DNA from: Octopus sinensis
Lineage: Eukaryota
Direction: 5' to 3'
NCBI RefSeq assembly: GCF_006345805.1
Contig: NC_043007.1
Location: 7,812,001-7,876,000 of the forward strand
Length of the DNA: 64,000 nt
Below, in pieces: positions 41,535 to 53,915 of this stretch. A model generated the notes under the pieces. It saw only the letters and a list, made by a program, of their open reading frames with translations. It was not told where the DNA came from and searched no databases. The translations under genes and the position numbers were made by a program. How positions within the stretch are numbered: the first letter of the stretch is position 1; every line of letters begins with the position of its first letter.

Positions 41535-42600
41535 GTACGATTTTTCTTTGAGTTTCATTCAAGTCCTTCTTGGGAGAGATCGGGCCGGTTGCTAACAAAG
41601 CAACGAATCTTTTGGGGTTAAGAGAATTCCCGGTGTTTATAAATATGTGGTTGAGTTGGTTGAACTGTCGATGCATACATCCAAGAATGTGCGTCTATAC
41701 ATATAAGACTCTCACATGGAGAATTTCTGGAATGTCTTACAGATCTTCATTGTGCCGCTGGATTTGGTGAATCCGACCTTTTGCTCTTTTTCCCTGAAAC
41801 CGAGTATTTCTAGTTTTTTGTGCAACTTTGTTGGTACATAACCTAATGCACTTATGATGATAGAAATGAGAATTGAAGAGTTGTAAGTTCCGCATTAATT
41901 CGCCAAAAATCTGCTGGGCAGCTGAACTCAACAAAGGCCCATGGCTTTTGTTCCCTGCCCCATAGAACAATATCAGGTCTGCTATGTTTGCAATAAATTG
42001 ATATTTTCATTGGAGTGTTCCATTAGCATTCCCTGTTTTGAAGGTGGATACCTGCTGGTTCTGACACCCCTTTGATGTATACGTAAAGGCCGTCCTTCCT
42101 ACGGATAGTCTTGTAAATAGTCTTCGAAACTATATCATACCTCAAGGGAAAGTAGCATCTCGTAGACATTTTTGGACAGCTGATGATGATGTGGGTGATA
42201 TCTTCCACACTGGTATAGCAGGGCCGACATTTTTCATCACAGCGTGGAGGTTTGGTGGTATGTTCGTCTCACTTGTTTATCAGGAATTTAGTGGCTATCA
42301 CCGGACAGAAAATATTGTAGGTCCAGGAGAGGTTGTTGTTACCTTCTAGCTAACGGGAGATGTACACATGCATTGCTTTTTGTTGGTAAGATGCATGCTT
42401 CTCCTCCACGCTTCTGTTTAGATAGGTCAGCCCAGCCTCCTTTGGATCGGATGAGACAGTTGTGTCCTCAGAGTAACGGCTCAGGAGTTCTTATCCAACT
42501 CTGAAGATGTTGTTGCTCTCACTTTTGAGTGTGAACGGAATATTCTCTTTTCTTTCTTTACTGTCTGAGAGATAAAGGCTGTTTGGACTGACCCGATGCC
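41535..42600 (-). mobile_element. older related R4-clade LINE fragment, copy D
   Basis: EDITHIIISCPKMSTRCYFPLRYDIVSKTIY...WNTPMKISIYCKHSRPDIVLW...VEFSCP...GELMRNLQ...GTMKICKTFQKF; 3' end runs into (CATA)-like repeats at 41495-41535. Confidence 0.75.
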
Positions 42601-42759
42601 TCTACCGCCATCACTTCGTCCCACAGAAACCCTATCGATATCACTATTAATGTGGAAGTCACCAGTGGTGGTCAGTATGTATATGTGTGTGCGTTTGTGT
42701 ATGTATATATGTATGTATGTATGTATGTATTTTTGTATGTATGTATGTATTCCCGTATT

Positions 42760-42950
42760 GCATAAGTTTCAAATTTTGGCGCAAGGCCAGCAATTTCAGA
42801 AGAGGAGTGAGTTGATTACATCGATCCCAATGACTTAACTGGTACTTATTTTATCGACCCCGAACGGATGAAAGGCAAAGTCGATTTCGGCGGCTTTTGG
42901 ACTCAGAACGTGCAGACGGACGAAATCCTTCTAAGCATTATTTGGAAGGT
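42760..42950 (-). mobile_element. SINE family 1 copy, back-to-back with a + strand head at 42950-43020
   Basis: Family 1 motifs gcacaaggccagcaatttc...ggtacttattttatcgacccc...gactcagaacg on the reverse strand. Confidence 0.75.
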
Positions 42951-43269
42951 AAGGCGCTGATTTGTCAGAATCGTTAGCACACCGGACGAAATGCTTAGTG
43001 GCATTTCGTCCGGCGTTCTTACCTTCCGAATAAATATTAATACATGCCTTTCCATGCTTACAAATCGTTGCCTGTATTTGTAGAAGAAGCAATAACACTT
43101 TCCATATAGCAACAAAGCAATGGCAGTCACATCGACAGGAACAATTAACGCCCTCATCACAGAAAGATGATATATATGATGACAAAGCAAAATTAATAAC
43201 AACTTTTTTTAGTTATGGCGAAATACTCGGGGTTTGCCAATGCGTCCCCGCATCTTTTAGATGTGACAT

Positions 43270-43500
43270 TGTAATCTCCCAGTAGAATTATAAACGGACG
43301 AATTGACTCTCAACGAGCGCAGCAACCCCGAGATACATTTCTGTCAGCGACAACAACAAAAAGGAAAAAAGTGTTTTATAATAATTGACATCACTGCACT
43401 GGATAACTATGCCTTGAAGAAGAGAGCTGAGAAGCTAAGGAATTACTGGTTTCGATATTGGATTGAAATCATTAAAGCATGTATGAAATATGTCGCCTAT
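43270..43500 (+). mobile_element. decayed REL endonuclease fragment (R4/HERO-like)
   Basis: RSNPEIHFCQRQQQKGKKCFIIIDITALDNYALKKRAEKLRNY resembles RRPDI...KKCFIIDI..P.D.....KE.EKL.KY. Confidence 0.5.
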
Positions 43501-43639
43501 CGTTCCATTTGCGAATGATAGAACAGAAAAAATATAAAAGCGTTTTCAGCAAAGATGTTGACAACCTGAATATATAAGTATAGATATCACTACGTTTCTT
43601 AAGTAAGCAATATTATGATCTGTAAATGCTAGATTATTC

Positions 43640-43960
43640 CTTTAAAGCATTTGCCAATATTGAATATCTGTATGTTGTGTTTCATGCTAAATCACATGAA
43701 AAATATCTCAATAAATATGAAAACTACAAAATAAATATCACAGCACTGTATTGCCCAAAAGCTTTCATCAACAATGAAAACGATGGAACTGATATCGACA
43801 AAATTACAAAGACAAACTGTTTACGGCCGAAAAACTTGCGTGGAATCAATATAAGAGCCTTGGTTGTGACTTCATGTTTAAGGATTTGACAGAGTCATTA
43901 GAACGTTGGATAGAGTTTCTCACAGCACTTTTCCCGGCTCTTTTTGTTCTGGGTTCAAAT
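43640..43960 (+). mobile_element. possible Chapaev3 (CMC) transposase relic
   Basis: EYLYVVFHAKSHEK...DGTDIDKI...TAEKLAWNQ YKSLGCD...FLTALFP resembles, in order, recalled Chapaev3 blocks YL...FP.LS.EK / GP.IRKL / EK.AW / YK.MGCNMS / FLHSHLDFFP. Heavily decayed. Confidence 0.4.
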
Positions 43961-44929
43961 ATTGCCACGGCCAATTTCACCATTCGTGTTTTTGAGGGTA
44001 ATAACAAAGCACCAATCCAGAGTGATAGCTTATCAGAACTGATAGAGTTTGAGACGAGAGACTTCAGGGTGTTTCTTCCGGCATCTTGCGTTCTAACAGC
44101 AATGTCTGCAGCAACAATGGCACCAAGATGCATCCCGTGTATGACTGGCATCACCAAGATGCCGCTCATACATCGACATATAATACTAATCTTTCCCATA
44201 GAAGAGCATTGTCGATGTCAGCAGTTTGCTGAAGAACTTTCCAGACGTAAACATCGTTGCTCACTTTTGGCCGAATTAAGCCAGTGATTGTTCAGAATGT
44301 GAACGTTCATGATTTTACCAAAGTACACCGTAATCAATTGTTGGCATAGAAACAGGATTTTCCATGTTAGACATTATTACTGAGCTGGCCAAATCGTTAA
44401 AACGTCCGATAAAATACCTTGCAACATTTATTTTTGCTCTTTACAATCTGAGTTCAAATCCTGTCGAGGTAAATTTTACCTTTAATCGTTCTGAGGTCAA
44501 TAAAGTAAAGTACTAGACAAGTACAAAGGTCGATAATACTAACTTATTCCCCACCCTCACAATTACTGGCCTTTCGATTCATTCAAAACCTTATGATCAA
44601 CCCTAAGCAACTCACCCTTCTGACCTCTTTGGACATTCTTCTTCCACCGAACATCCTCGGCAGACAAACTGAAGTGACTGCAAAGACAGACAGACTTGGC
44701 ATTTCAGAAGTTGGTATTCAAGAATGTAAATTTAGATACGAGGAGAAAGCCTGAGACCTGGATACAGCCAAGAGATGGAAGCTGATACACTGTGTGACTG
44801 GTAATAGTCATTAGTTTCTTAGTTAGCCCCCTTGTCTACGTCCCTAGAATCCTCCATCTACCTCTTAGTGAGGACTCGTTTCCACATTTCCCATTAGTAA
44901 GAAATCCCAGAAGTCATGGCCTAAAAGCT

Positions 44930-46560
44930 TTGCTACTCACCAATTAATACAGCGAAAGAAGATGACTTAAATAACTTCTAGGATGACATACAGTGAGCCA
45001 TTGATACCGATTGACGAAACAGGTTCGTAGCAGACCTGGGTGACTGGAAGGCACGTGAACATACCTCACCACAAAATGCATGGACAGACACAATGGGAAG
45101 TTTGATAACCTTTCAGACTATCAGTGATCGCCTTCTTCTCTACAAATATAGCCTTCTGCAAGCATTTCAAGTACAAATGCCCACAAACAACACTGCCACA
45201 ACCTGACCACATTGTAATTCTATTGCAGTCTGAAATGCCTACACATTTCTTTCATTCGGAGCAGATCGTTAGATCCTAATCACCACTGTACAGTCAGTCC
45301 CCCCGTTCAAATCAACCATAGAGCAAAACCCCCACCACGTGATATCTGCTCCACACTCTCCAACTCACATTCTTTGTTATAAAGTGCAAGAATAGATTCG
45401 CCAAACACAATGTAGAACCTTCTGACCACTTGGAGGAATGCACCACATCCTCGAAGTTTGTTGCGTACGCTGCAAAGCAACATGTCCTTACTGTACGTTT
45501 CTCAAAGACGAAAACTCATTGGGAGGATGCCAAAGTTCTGGAAACCCGGAACAGTCTGGCAACTGCGAAAGAGGTAAATCGGAAGAACCAGACTGCTGGA
45601 ACATGTAACTATGTCGTTAGTCTTAGTTCAGCAGTTCACTGCAAACCATGAGGCGTACACTGAAGAACAAATCAACAGCATAACAGAATCAAATGACAAC
45701 AGGCAATCCCCGCCGCATGGGAATCCATAAACAACTTGTCTGGTCGCTAATCTAAGTAAAGTTTCGCGTCGTCCAGCATCGTCCAGCATTGTATTTCATT
45801 GACTTCGACTTCACAGATGACAATACACTCGTCTCACATACAATCATAAATGTTGACTGCCATTAAAGTTGGCCTCACAAGAAATCGTTCAAAGATAAAA
45901 ACTATAATCGTTGGTGAAAAATTCTGGTGTGGGTGATCTTAGACTTTCATCGAGGTCCCTTGTGACAGTTGCCGATCTCTGTTACCTGGGCTGTCGTATT
46001 CGCCCAACTAGCTGAGATGTTAACATTAGTAAAGCGATAAGATAGTGTGCATCCGTCGAGCTATGGAAACTTTAGAGAGTACCCCAACTATCACGTGACC
46101 TAATTACGCCTGTTTCGTGCAACAATAGAATCTATTCTGCTCAACGGCTCTGAATGCTGACATCTTACGGTAGCTCAACAATGACCACTTCATGGCACAA
46201 ACACTTCACCTTCGCGCAAGGCGTTTAGCATTTCTTATGCTGACTACATATTAAACAAGCCACTGTATAGATCTTTGCCGCCCGTCCGTCAAACCAATCA
46301 ATCAAAGATGTCTAAAATTTTCAAGCCACTGTTCTGGCCGAACAGACCCCTATTTTCGTCGAAAAGCACTGTCACTGTGTTTTTTGTCTATAACCCCGAG
46401 GGAACGTTCAGGCCCTCATGGGGCATATCCGTGAACTTATGCAGGTCACAAAACTGTGCAATCGCTCGGAGATAATACACACAACCCCATCTCGTGCAAT
46501 CTCTCGAGTTGGAGTCGAAGTCCACGAGTGACGTGATGCAGACAAAGATTTTAAAATCAG
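44930..46560 (+). mobile_element. RTE-X-like LINE relic with APE endonuclease and C-terminus; RT core not recognised
   Basis: NTAKEDDLNNF*DDIQ*AID...LGDWKAR (APE); NRQS..AWESINNLSGR (linker); then directly LCYLG...RLFRATIESILLNGSEC*...LYRSLPPV...QRCLKFSSHC. Confidence 0.7.
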
Positions 46561-46587
46561 AAACTGTTTTTGTTGTTGTTGTTGTTA

Positions 46588-46790
46588 AGGCGGCGATCTA
46601 ACACAACCGTTGGCGCGCCGAGCAAAACGCTTAGCATTTCTTCTCTGAGTTCTAATCCCGCTGAGATCAACTTTGTCTCTCATCCTTTCAGGGACGTTAA
46701 AAACAATGTGCCTGTCAAGTACAGGATCGATGTAATCAGCTTGCCTACCACCACCTTCAAAATTGCTGGCCATATGCAAAATATAGAAAG
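46588..46790 (+). mobile_element. SINE family 1 copy
   Basis: ggcggcgatcta...ccgttggcgcgccg...gagttctaatcccgctgag...aaattgctggcc. Confidence 0.7.
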
Positions 46791-47669
46791 AATCGTTACA
46801 TTTTTTTCTCTTTTACGGGGAACTGGATTGACGCAGTTGGCTTAGACTATTGGGTTATGTCCCTTTATATTGTTGACATGCGTCGACAGTGCAAAATTAT
46901 TATAGTCACTGTGGATGAAGAAATTACAAACGGATACATCCTAACGGCATATAAATTATCATATTTTCTGAATCCTATAAACTGTTCCCTTCCTGGTGCT
47001 GTCCATCAAGTGATTCATGGAATTTTAGTTTCAGTTTTTGATGGATGCAATAACGCATCCATTTTCAATATTTTTCTATCTGTTTCTAGCGCTTTAAACA
47101 TTATTCTTAACTTCAAATGATACAATCTAAACACACTTGGCACATTTTAAGACTCACAGGAGCGACAAATGTTAAGAAAATTTAAAAAGAAAAGATTTTT
47201 AAGGATTTGGAACCTACTGCCAAATAAGAATGCAAAGTTTAATAAATTTAATATAACCTCACAAGAAACTTTATATAAAGAACTGCTTTATAAAACTTCT
47301 CTTTAATTAAAAGTAACGCAAAAAAGTAATTTGATTTCATAAAATCCAGTTATAATATGGCCGTAAGAAATATTTCCTTTCTCTTGCGTGTATCACAATT
47401 TGTAATGTCTCGATTTTACATTACTTTTTAATATTCTTTCAAACCGTTTGTTGTTGTTGTTGTTGTTAATGATGATGATGCTGATGATGTTGATGATGTT
47501 GATGCTGCAATCATTTATTCCATATAACTAAGTATTCTATTAAGTGGGTCTGCAATGCGTGAATAACGGTTAATGTATCACATGAAGAATTTCAGAATTT
47601 CATACAGGTTCAAATACGCTTGAGTTATCTTTCATTTAAATTTTTAAACAAAAATATACTAATACAAAA

Positions 47670-47714
<45 letters not shown>

Positions 47715-47976
47715 TGTGTATGTGTGTTTTTTCAATGTATCATACAGCCGAAATAAGAAGCGCACCCTAAAGCAGAGAGCAGTAATGTATTTATATGTAG
47801 CTTAGCCCCATGGAGACGTCCATGGGGCTAAGCCCTTTATGGAGGCAAAACTATTGGTCACTTTATGACCGGACATAGACTTAACTAAGTATAAAATATA
47901 CGTGTGTGTATGTGTGTGTGTGTGTGTGTGTGTATCAGTATAACTATATACACTCATAAACACATGTACACAAACA

Positions 47977-48459
47977 TATACCAGTAATTATTGGAGCCCT
48001 GGTATAAATAACACACTGCCTAAATAGCAATCTTAAGAAATTAGGCTCCGCAAAACCAGAAAGGAGAAAGCTAGTTCGAAGACTACAGATCCAATCCATC
48101 ACTAGATCTGTAAAAGCCTGTAAAATATTCCAGAAGTATCATTTAAGTATATATGAGCATGTCTAGACATGCAGCTATATGCATGAGAATACATACATGA
48201 AATATACAAATCTGCACATACATACATACATGCATACATACATACATACATACATACATACATACATACATACATACATACATACATACATACATACATA
48301 CATACATACATACATACATACATACATACATACATACATACAAACAAACAAAGACACCCTGTTGGTGTTGAAATTCCAATGAAGGAGCTTTGAATCTAGG
48401 TTAGAAACTGGTCCTTTCTCTATTGACAAGAAATCTTGAAATAAAACTAAACAATGATA
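47977..48459 (+). mobile_element. R4-clade LINE extreme 3' fragment, copy C
   Basis: PVIIGALG...LRKLGSAKPERRKLVRRLQIQSI, then the same 3' UTR with internal (CATA)n and terminal aatgata followed by (CATA)n. Confidence 0.85.
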
Positions 48460-48926
48460 TACATACATACATATATACATAACACAGTGTGGAACTAATT
48501 GCGAAACATTTTTCTTCAACAAATTTAATTGTCTTCACACCATCAAAACAACTGCTGTTATGCGTGGCCATAAGGGAACTTTTTTAATGAGTTGGATCGA
48601 CCTGCTAGATATAGAAGTCAAATCTGCCTCAAATCACAGCTTACCATGTCAAAAATAAGAACACGAGTAACACAGTGGCGACCTAACCTATATAGCTATT
48701 TTCTAAGAATCACAATCTCTGTATTCTGCATTTTACTGACATCCACATTTTAATGAGAGATTGAATAACATAAGGCATCTATTAGGGAATTAATATACAC
48801 ATATTAGTATGCATGTGTGTATATATGCATGTACGTATACATTTATATATATATATATTTGATTATTATCGATGTACACACACACACCCACACCCACACA
48901 CACACACACCCACACACACATATATA

Positions 48927-49000
<74 letters not shown>

Positions 49001-49002
<2 letters not shown>

Positions 49003-49238
49003 TTATAATAAATTAGAGACAAAACCACTATTATGCAAATCAAACAAAGAAATACTTAAGCCAATACATAAAAAATTTATATAATTAAAATTTAACAAAT
49101 GAATAACCACTACGATCGTTTCGTGTCAGCACATCTTAGACATTCTTCAGGTGGTTATATAAATTTTTTATGTATTGGCTTAAGTCTTTCTTTGTTTGAT
49201 TTGCATAATAGTGGTTTTGTCTCTAATTTATTATAATA
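49001..49238. mobile_element. palindromic PLE-type element: 84-bp inverted arms around a 70-nt spacer
   Basis: Arms 49001-49084 and 49155-49238 differ at 1 position. Confidence 0.85.
49103..49158 (-). ncRNA. type I hammerhead ribozyme candidate
   Basis: AUAACCAC CUGAAGA A UGUC-UAAGAUGUGCU-GACA C GAAA CGAUCG UA/ GUGGUUAU: perfect 8-bp stem I, canonical core, palindromic stem III; predicted cleavage between 49111 and 49110. Confidence 0.75.
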
Positions 49239-49313
49239 TAATATTTTATTATAAAATTGGATTCAATCTTAAATCTGATTTTTCCTTGTAAATTTGGATT
49301 TATTCCCTAATAT

Positions 49314-49344
<31 letters not shown>

Positions 49345-49379
49345 TATATATAACATCCATCCAGACAGAAAGATAAGAG

Positions 49380-49730
49380 TGAAACAAAACTAAGTGTGAG
49401 ATTTAGGCATTATTTTAACGCATGAGACGTTGAAATGACAATGTTTCGGACGTCAGTCCTTCATCAGAAGAAAGAGAGAACATTGAGATAGTGCGAGAGA
49501 AATTTAGTGTGTAATGGAAAAAAATGTATAAAGTAATTTTCAAATGAAAAAGTATACAAAATTAAATCATTTTGTGGATAAATGGGCCAGGTGGAAGGTG
49601 GTGCATTGAAAATCTGTGGTGATGGCGTTCTATGATGAAGTCAGGTAAAGACGAAGGGCAGTGTGAAGAAGTATAGGTCAGAGTGTATCTGGAAGTGGAC
49701 ATAAAGAGAATGGTGTAGCTCTGTGTGTTA
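49380..49730 (-). mobile_element. Penelope-like 3' end relic carrying a hammerhead core at 49431-49472
   Basis: CUGAUGA A GGAC-UGAC-GUCC GAAA CAUUG UC/ with stem I lost; upstream sequence weakly resembles the GIY-YIG C-terminus. Confidence 0.55.
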
Positions 49731-49769
49731 GAAGTATGTATGAATGTGTGTGTGTATGTGCGTGCGTGC

Positions 49770-49841
<72 letters not shown>

Positions 49842-50831
49842 TGTGGAGTTGTAGGTTTATAAATATTGGGCTGTTGGTTCGTGAAATTTAAGGAAAAGTC
49901 AGCGTGTGTATATTTGTGCCGATGGCTGATGTGAATGCACGTATATAACACGTGCGTTTGTGCTATTCATGGTGTATAGCTGTGTCGGATGTTGTATGCA
50001 TGGGGAATGGAACTATTTGTCCCCGTACATTTATGTAAAGAATAGCAGTGAAAGAGATCTTCCTAGGCATGAGGTTATGAATCAAAGATTGAAAAATTTT
50101 TCTGGAAGTTTAAGAAATTCAAAATCCAATATGGGACAAATGGCAACTTTTTGAATGAGATTAAAAGTCCGATAAGATTGGAAAAGTCCAAAGAGAGAGT
50201 TAAATAATATGGATACATACTGCAAGAACGATAGAGAATGGCCGGCGGAAGTTGGAGAGAAAAAGTATTTTAGTGGAAAGCGGAATCAAGAGGACGTAAG
50301 AGGTTAAATGGTGTTGGTGTGGCGCATGAGGGGAATGTATGGATGTTTGAAGTCAACAACGGTCAGGCAAGTAGCTTATTAGTGGTGTAAAGGCCTTAAC
50401 TTCTCTTTCTAGCAGGTAGGCGACTTTGTGTACCCTTATGATATATATATACACACACACACATACATACATACATACATACATACATACATACATACAT
50501 ACATACATACATACATACATACATACATGCATGCATTCACGCACCCATACAAATGTATAAAGTTTTCTTTTCGGATGTTTGCAATGTTTGCTAGAGAAAG
50601 ATTTATTTTCCTACTATGCCCAAATATATTCTCCTAATCTCCCCACTTTTTTTCGGAGATGATACTTTCAAATGTAAATATGAAATATAGTCTACCAAGA
50701 TTTCACGCCAATAACTGTCTGATTAATAATAACGTAAACTGCGGAAGTGACAACACTCTACTGGTGCAGAGCAAGATAGGGTTTCCACTTATATTGTTTA
50801 AGCCTGCTATCGACCGTGACACCAATGCGTG

Positions 50832-50869
<38 letters not shown>

Positions 50870-50891
50870 CGCAGAGGTGGATGTGTGGAGA

Positions 50892-51058
50892 GGCGCAGGA
50901 GTGGCAGTGTAGTAAGTAACTTGCTTCCCAACCACATTGTTCTGGGGTTCAGTCCCACTGCCTGGCACTTTCGGCAAGTATCTTCAACTATAACCTCGGG
51001 CCGACCTAAGCCTTGTGAATGGATTTGGTAGACAGAAACTGAAAGAAACCCGTCGTAT
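50892..51058 (+). mobile_element. SINE family 2, 5' half
   Basis: ggcgcaggagtggcagtgtagtaag...gggttcagtccc...ggcaagt...gaaactgaaagaaacccgtcg(TA)n. Confidence 0.85.
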
Positions 51059-51125
<67 letters not shown>

Positions 51126-51218
51126 CGTATCCTTGTGTCATCTCTCGTCTCCATATTTATATATGCACAAACTTAGATAAATTTAGATACATATTATCAG
51201 ACGCTTAGGAAAAAGAGA

Positions 51219-51253
51219 ATTTGACGTTTCGAGCCATGCTCTTCGTCAGAACT
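51219..51253 (-). ncRNA. minimal type I hammerhead motif with canonical core, in a PLE-derived repeat (about 51180-51320)
   Basis: AGUU CUGACGA A GAGC-AUG-GCUC GAAA CG UC/ AAAU; stem I weak (2 bp, mismatch, 1 bp). Confidence 0.55.
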
Positions 51254-51313
51254 AGAGGAAAGTCCAAAGGAAGGAAGACGGAGGAACAAAATCGCCCAAC
51301 GATACACACGCGG

Positions 51314-51360
<47 letters not shown>

Positions 51361-51447
51361 TATATATATTGGTAAAAACGGTAAGATAACAAAAGAAAGA
51401 AAGAGACCTCAGTATTATGTAAATAGAGAAAATTTATCTATAAAATA

Positions 51448-52396
51448 CGAGGGGCGTTCAATAAGTAATGCCCCTGACCCACTTGCAGTTGTTTGATCTA
51501 GCTGAAATTTTGCATGTGCACTTATTTATACCTCTATAGATTAAGTGGCAAATTACAGCTCTGAACTAATTGTGGTTTCTGATTTACAGGTGTTTGAACT
51601 GAGTCAAGTGTGAAATGGAGCCTGTTGAGTGTCGAGCAGTGATCTGGTTTTTGTATTTGAAAGGACGCACACCACGGGAGACTTTTGATGAAATGAAAGT
51701 AACTTATGGTGATGATGCCCCATCATATGACCTTGTAAAACGCTGGCATTGTGAATTCAAACATAGTCGGAACTCTGTGGAAACAGCTCCCAGATCTGGT
51801 CGCCCCCTTCTGCCGTTGATGAGACGTCTGTCCGTCAAGTTGAGGCTGCCATTTTGGAAGGTCAACGCATAACTATTCGCCAAATAGCCCATAAGGTCAA
51901 GATTAGTACCGGGTCTGTGGAAACTATCATTCATGACCATTTGCATATGCAAAAGGTGTCTGCCAGAGAAACTATCAAAATCAAGAGGCGGGGCAAGATC
52001 AGCAAAGGCATCCTCCTCCTGCAGGACAACGCTCCGGTCCACAACTCGCGTGTCGCCAGATCAGAAGCACAGGCGTGCAGCTATGAACTCCTCCCCATAC
52101 CACCTACTTTCCTCCCCTTGCACCCTCTGATTTTCACCTCTTCCCAGCCATGAAGTTGATTTTGAAAGGAAAGCGTTTCCCACATGATGCAGCCTTGATT
52201 TCTGAAGTCACGTCGTGGTTGGAGGACCAAGCTGGGGTCTTCTACAAAAACGGTCTCCAGAGCTGTATCAAACGATGGGAGAAATGCATAACTCTGGGTA
52301 GTTCCTATGTAGGAAAAGACTAATAACTGTGCCAAGTGACGTTGCTCTACTGCTATGGGAAGTGGGTCAGGGGCATTACTTATTGAACGCCCCTCG
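51448..52396 (+). mobile_element. mariner (Tc1/mariner) element, internally deleted, 949 bp, perfect 37-bp TIRs
   Basis: TIR cgaggggcgttcaataagtaatgcccctgacccactt at 51448-51484, exact reverse complement at 52360-52396. Left TA present. MEPVECRAVIWFL...RSGRP...VSAR|ETIK...QDNAPVH...LAPSDFHLF...RWEKCI; the WVP-to-first-catalytic-D block is missing at about 51967. Confidence 0.95.
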
Positions 52397-52451
52397 AAAT
52401 ATGAGTTTTATCTTGACTATTGAGTAATTGTAACATATTATTTTATATATA

Positions 52452-52498
<47 letters not shown>

Positions 52499-52570
52499 TA
52501 TATATATATATAATATATATATAATATATATATATAATATATATATATATACATACATATATATATATAT

Positions 52571-52619
<49 letters not shown>

Positions 52620-52773
52620 GATTTTAATTAGATACGTAAGGGTATGAAAGATGAGAAATAGGAATGCTTTATAGCGCTGGCCCACAAGCAGCCGTTACCT
52701 TTGGCTCTAACCTTTTCTTTTATTTCTATGCCAATTGCAATTCCACTCATATGTACCTCCAAATCGATACGCC

Positions 52774-52808
<35 letters not shown>

Positions 52809-53586
52809 ACAAACAAACAGACACCCACTCACCTAATCCGGTACACGTGTGTAAAACCAAAACAAAAGAAACTCCACCAACATCCTGGTCTTAACAGCCT
52901 CTAAGTCTCTGGCATGAGGTTTCTTAACGTGTTTCTCAGCGAAGGAAACACGAATCTTAATGCCCGCTTAGCAATCTCCACTCAAACTACATCCTCCGAC
53001 ACCACTGTTTGCCTGCCTCTAGCTTTCGCTTCTTGTACATATTTGCTTTCACTGTTTCTTGATGTCTCCTGTTCTTCCTCCTATTATTGTTCTAATAAAT
53101 ATATTAGTTCGTTTGTTTAATGTTTCATATTATTGATCCTTTTCTTGTGTTTTTTTTTGTCTGTTTGTACTTCATGCATTTTGCGTCTTATTTTGTCTTT
53201 TTTAACCATTTATATTTTAATGCTTGTTTTTCTTTTTCTTTTTTTGCTTCTTGCTCTCTCGGCTGCTTCGTGCCTTCGTTACTTTCCATTTGCTATTGAC
53301 GTTCACCATCGGTACGCATGTACCACGCATACAGAAATATACGCTAATGCACCCACACACACATACACACACACACACGCATACACGCATACACACACGC
53401 ACACACATATGTACAGTTATGTGTGTAAACATGCACGCGCATGTATGTATGAATACGTGTGTGTATGTGTGTGTGTGTGTGGGTGTGCGTGTAAAGCATA
53501 TGTATTTATATGCATATACTACGCTTTGTGTGTATATGTATCCGCATACACATGTGTGTGTGTGTGTGTGTGTGTTGTGTGTGGTT

Positions 53587-53649
<63 letters not shown>

Positions 53650-53813
53650 ATGAAATGTGTGCTTGACAGCTTAGCAACGCTGCATCAAAGTAAGAACATG
53701 CTCCAAAATTCAAACACTGGGAAAAATAATATCGGACGTGTTACCACAACAGAAAGTAACATGGCAGACACACATCAACGCAAGTATACATACATACACA
53801 CACACACATATGC

Positions 53814-53915
<102 letters not shown>

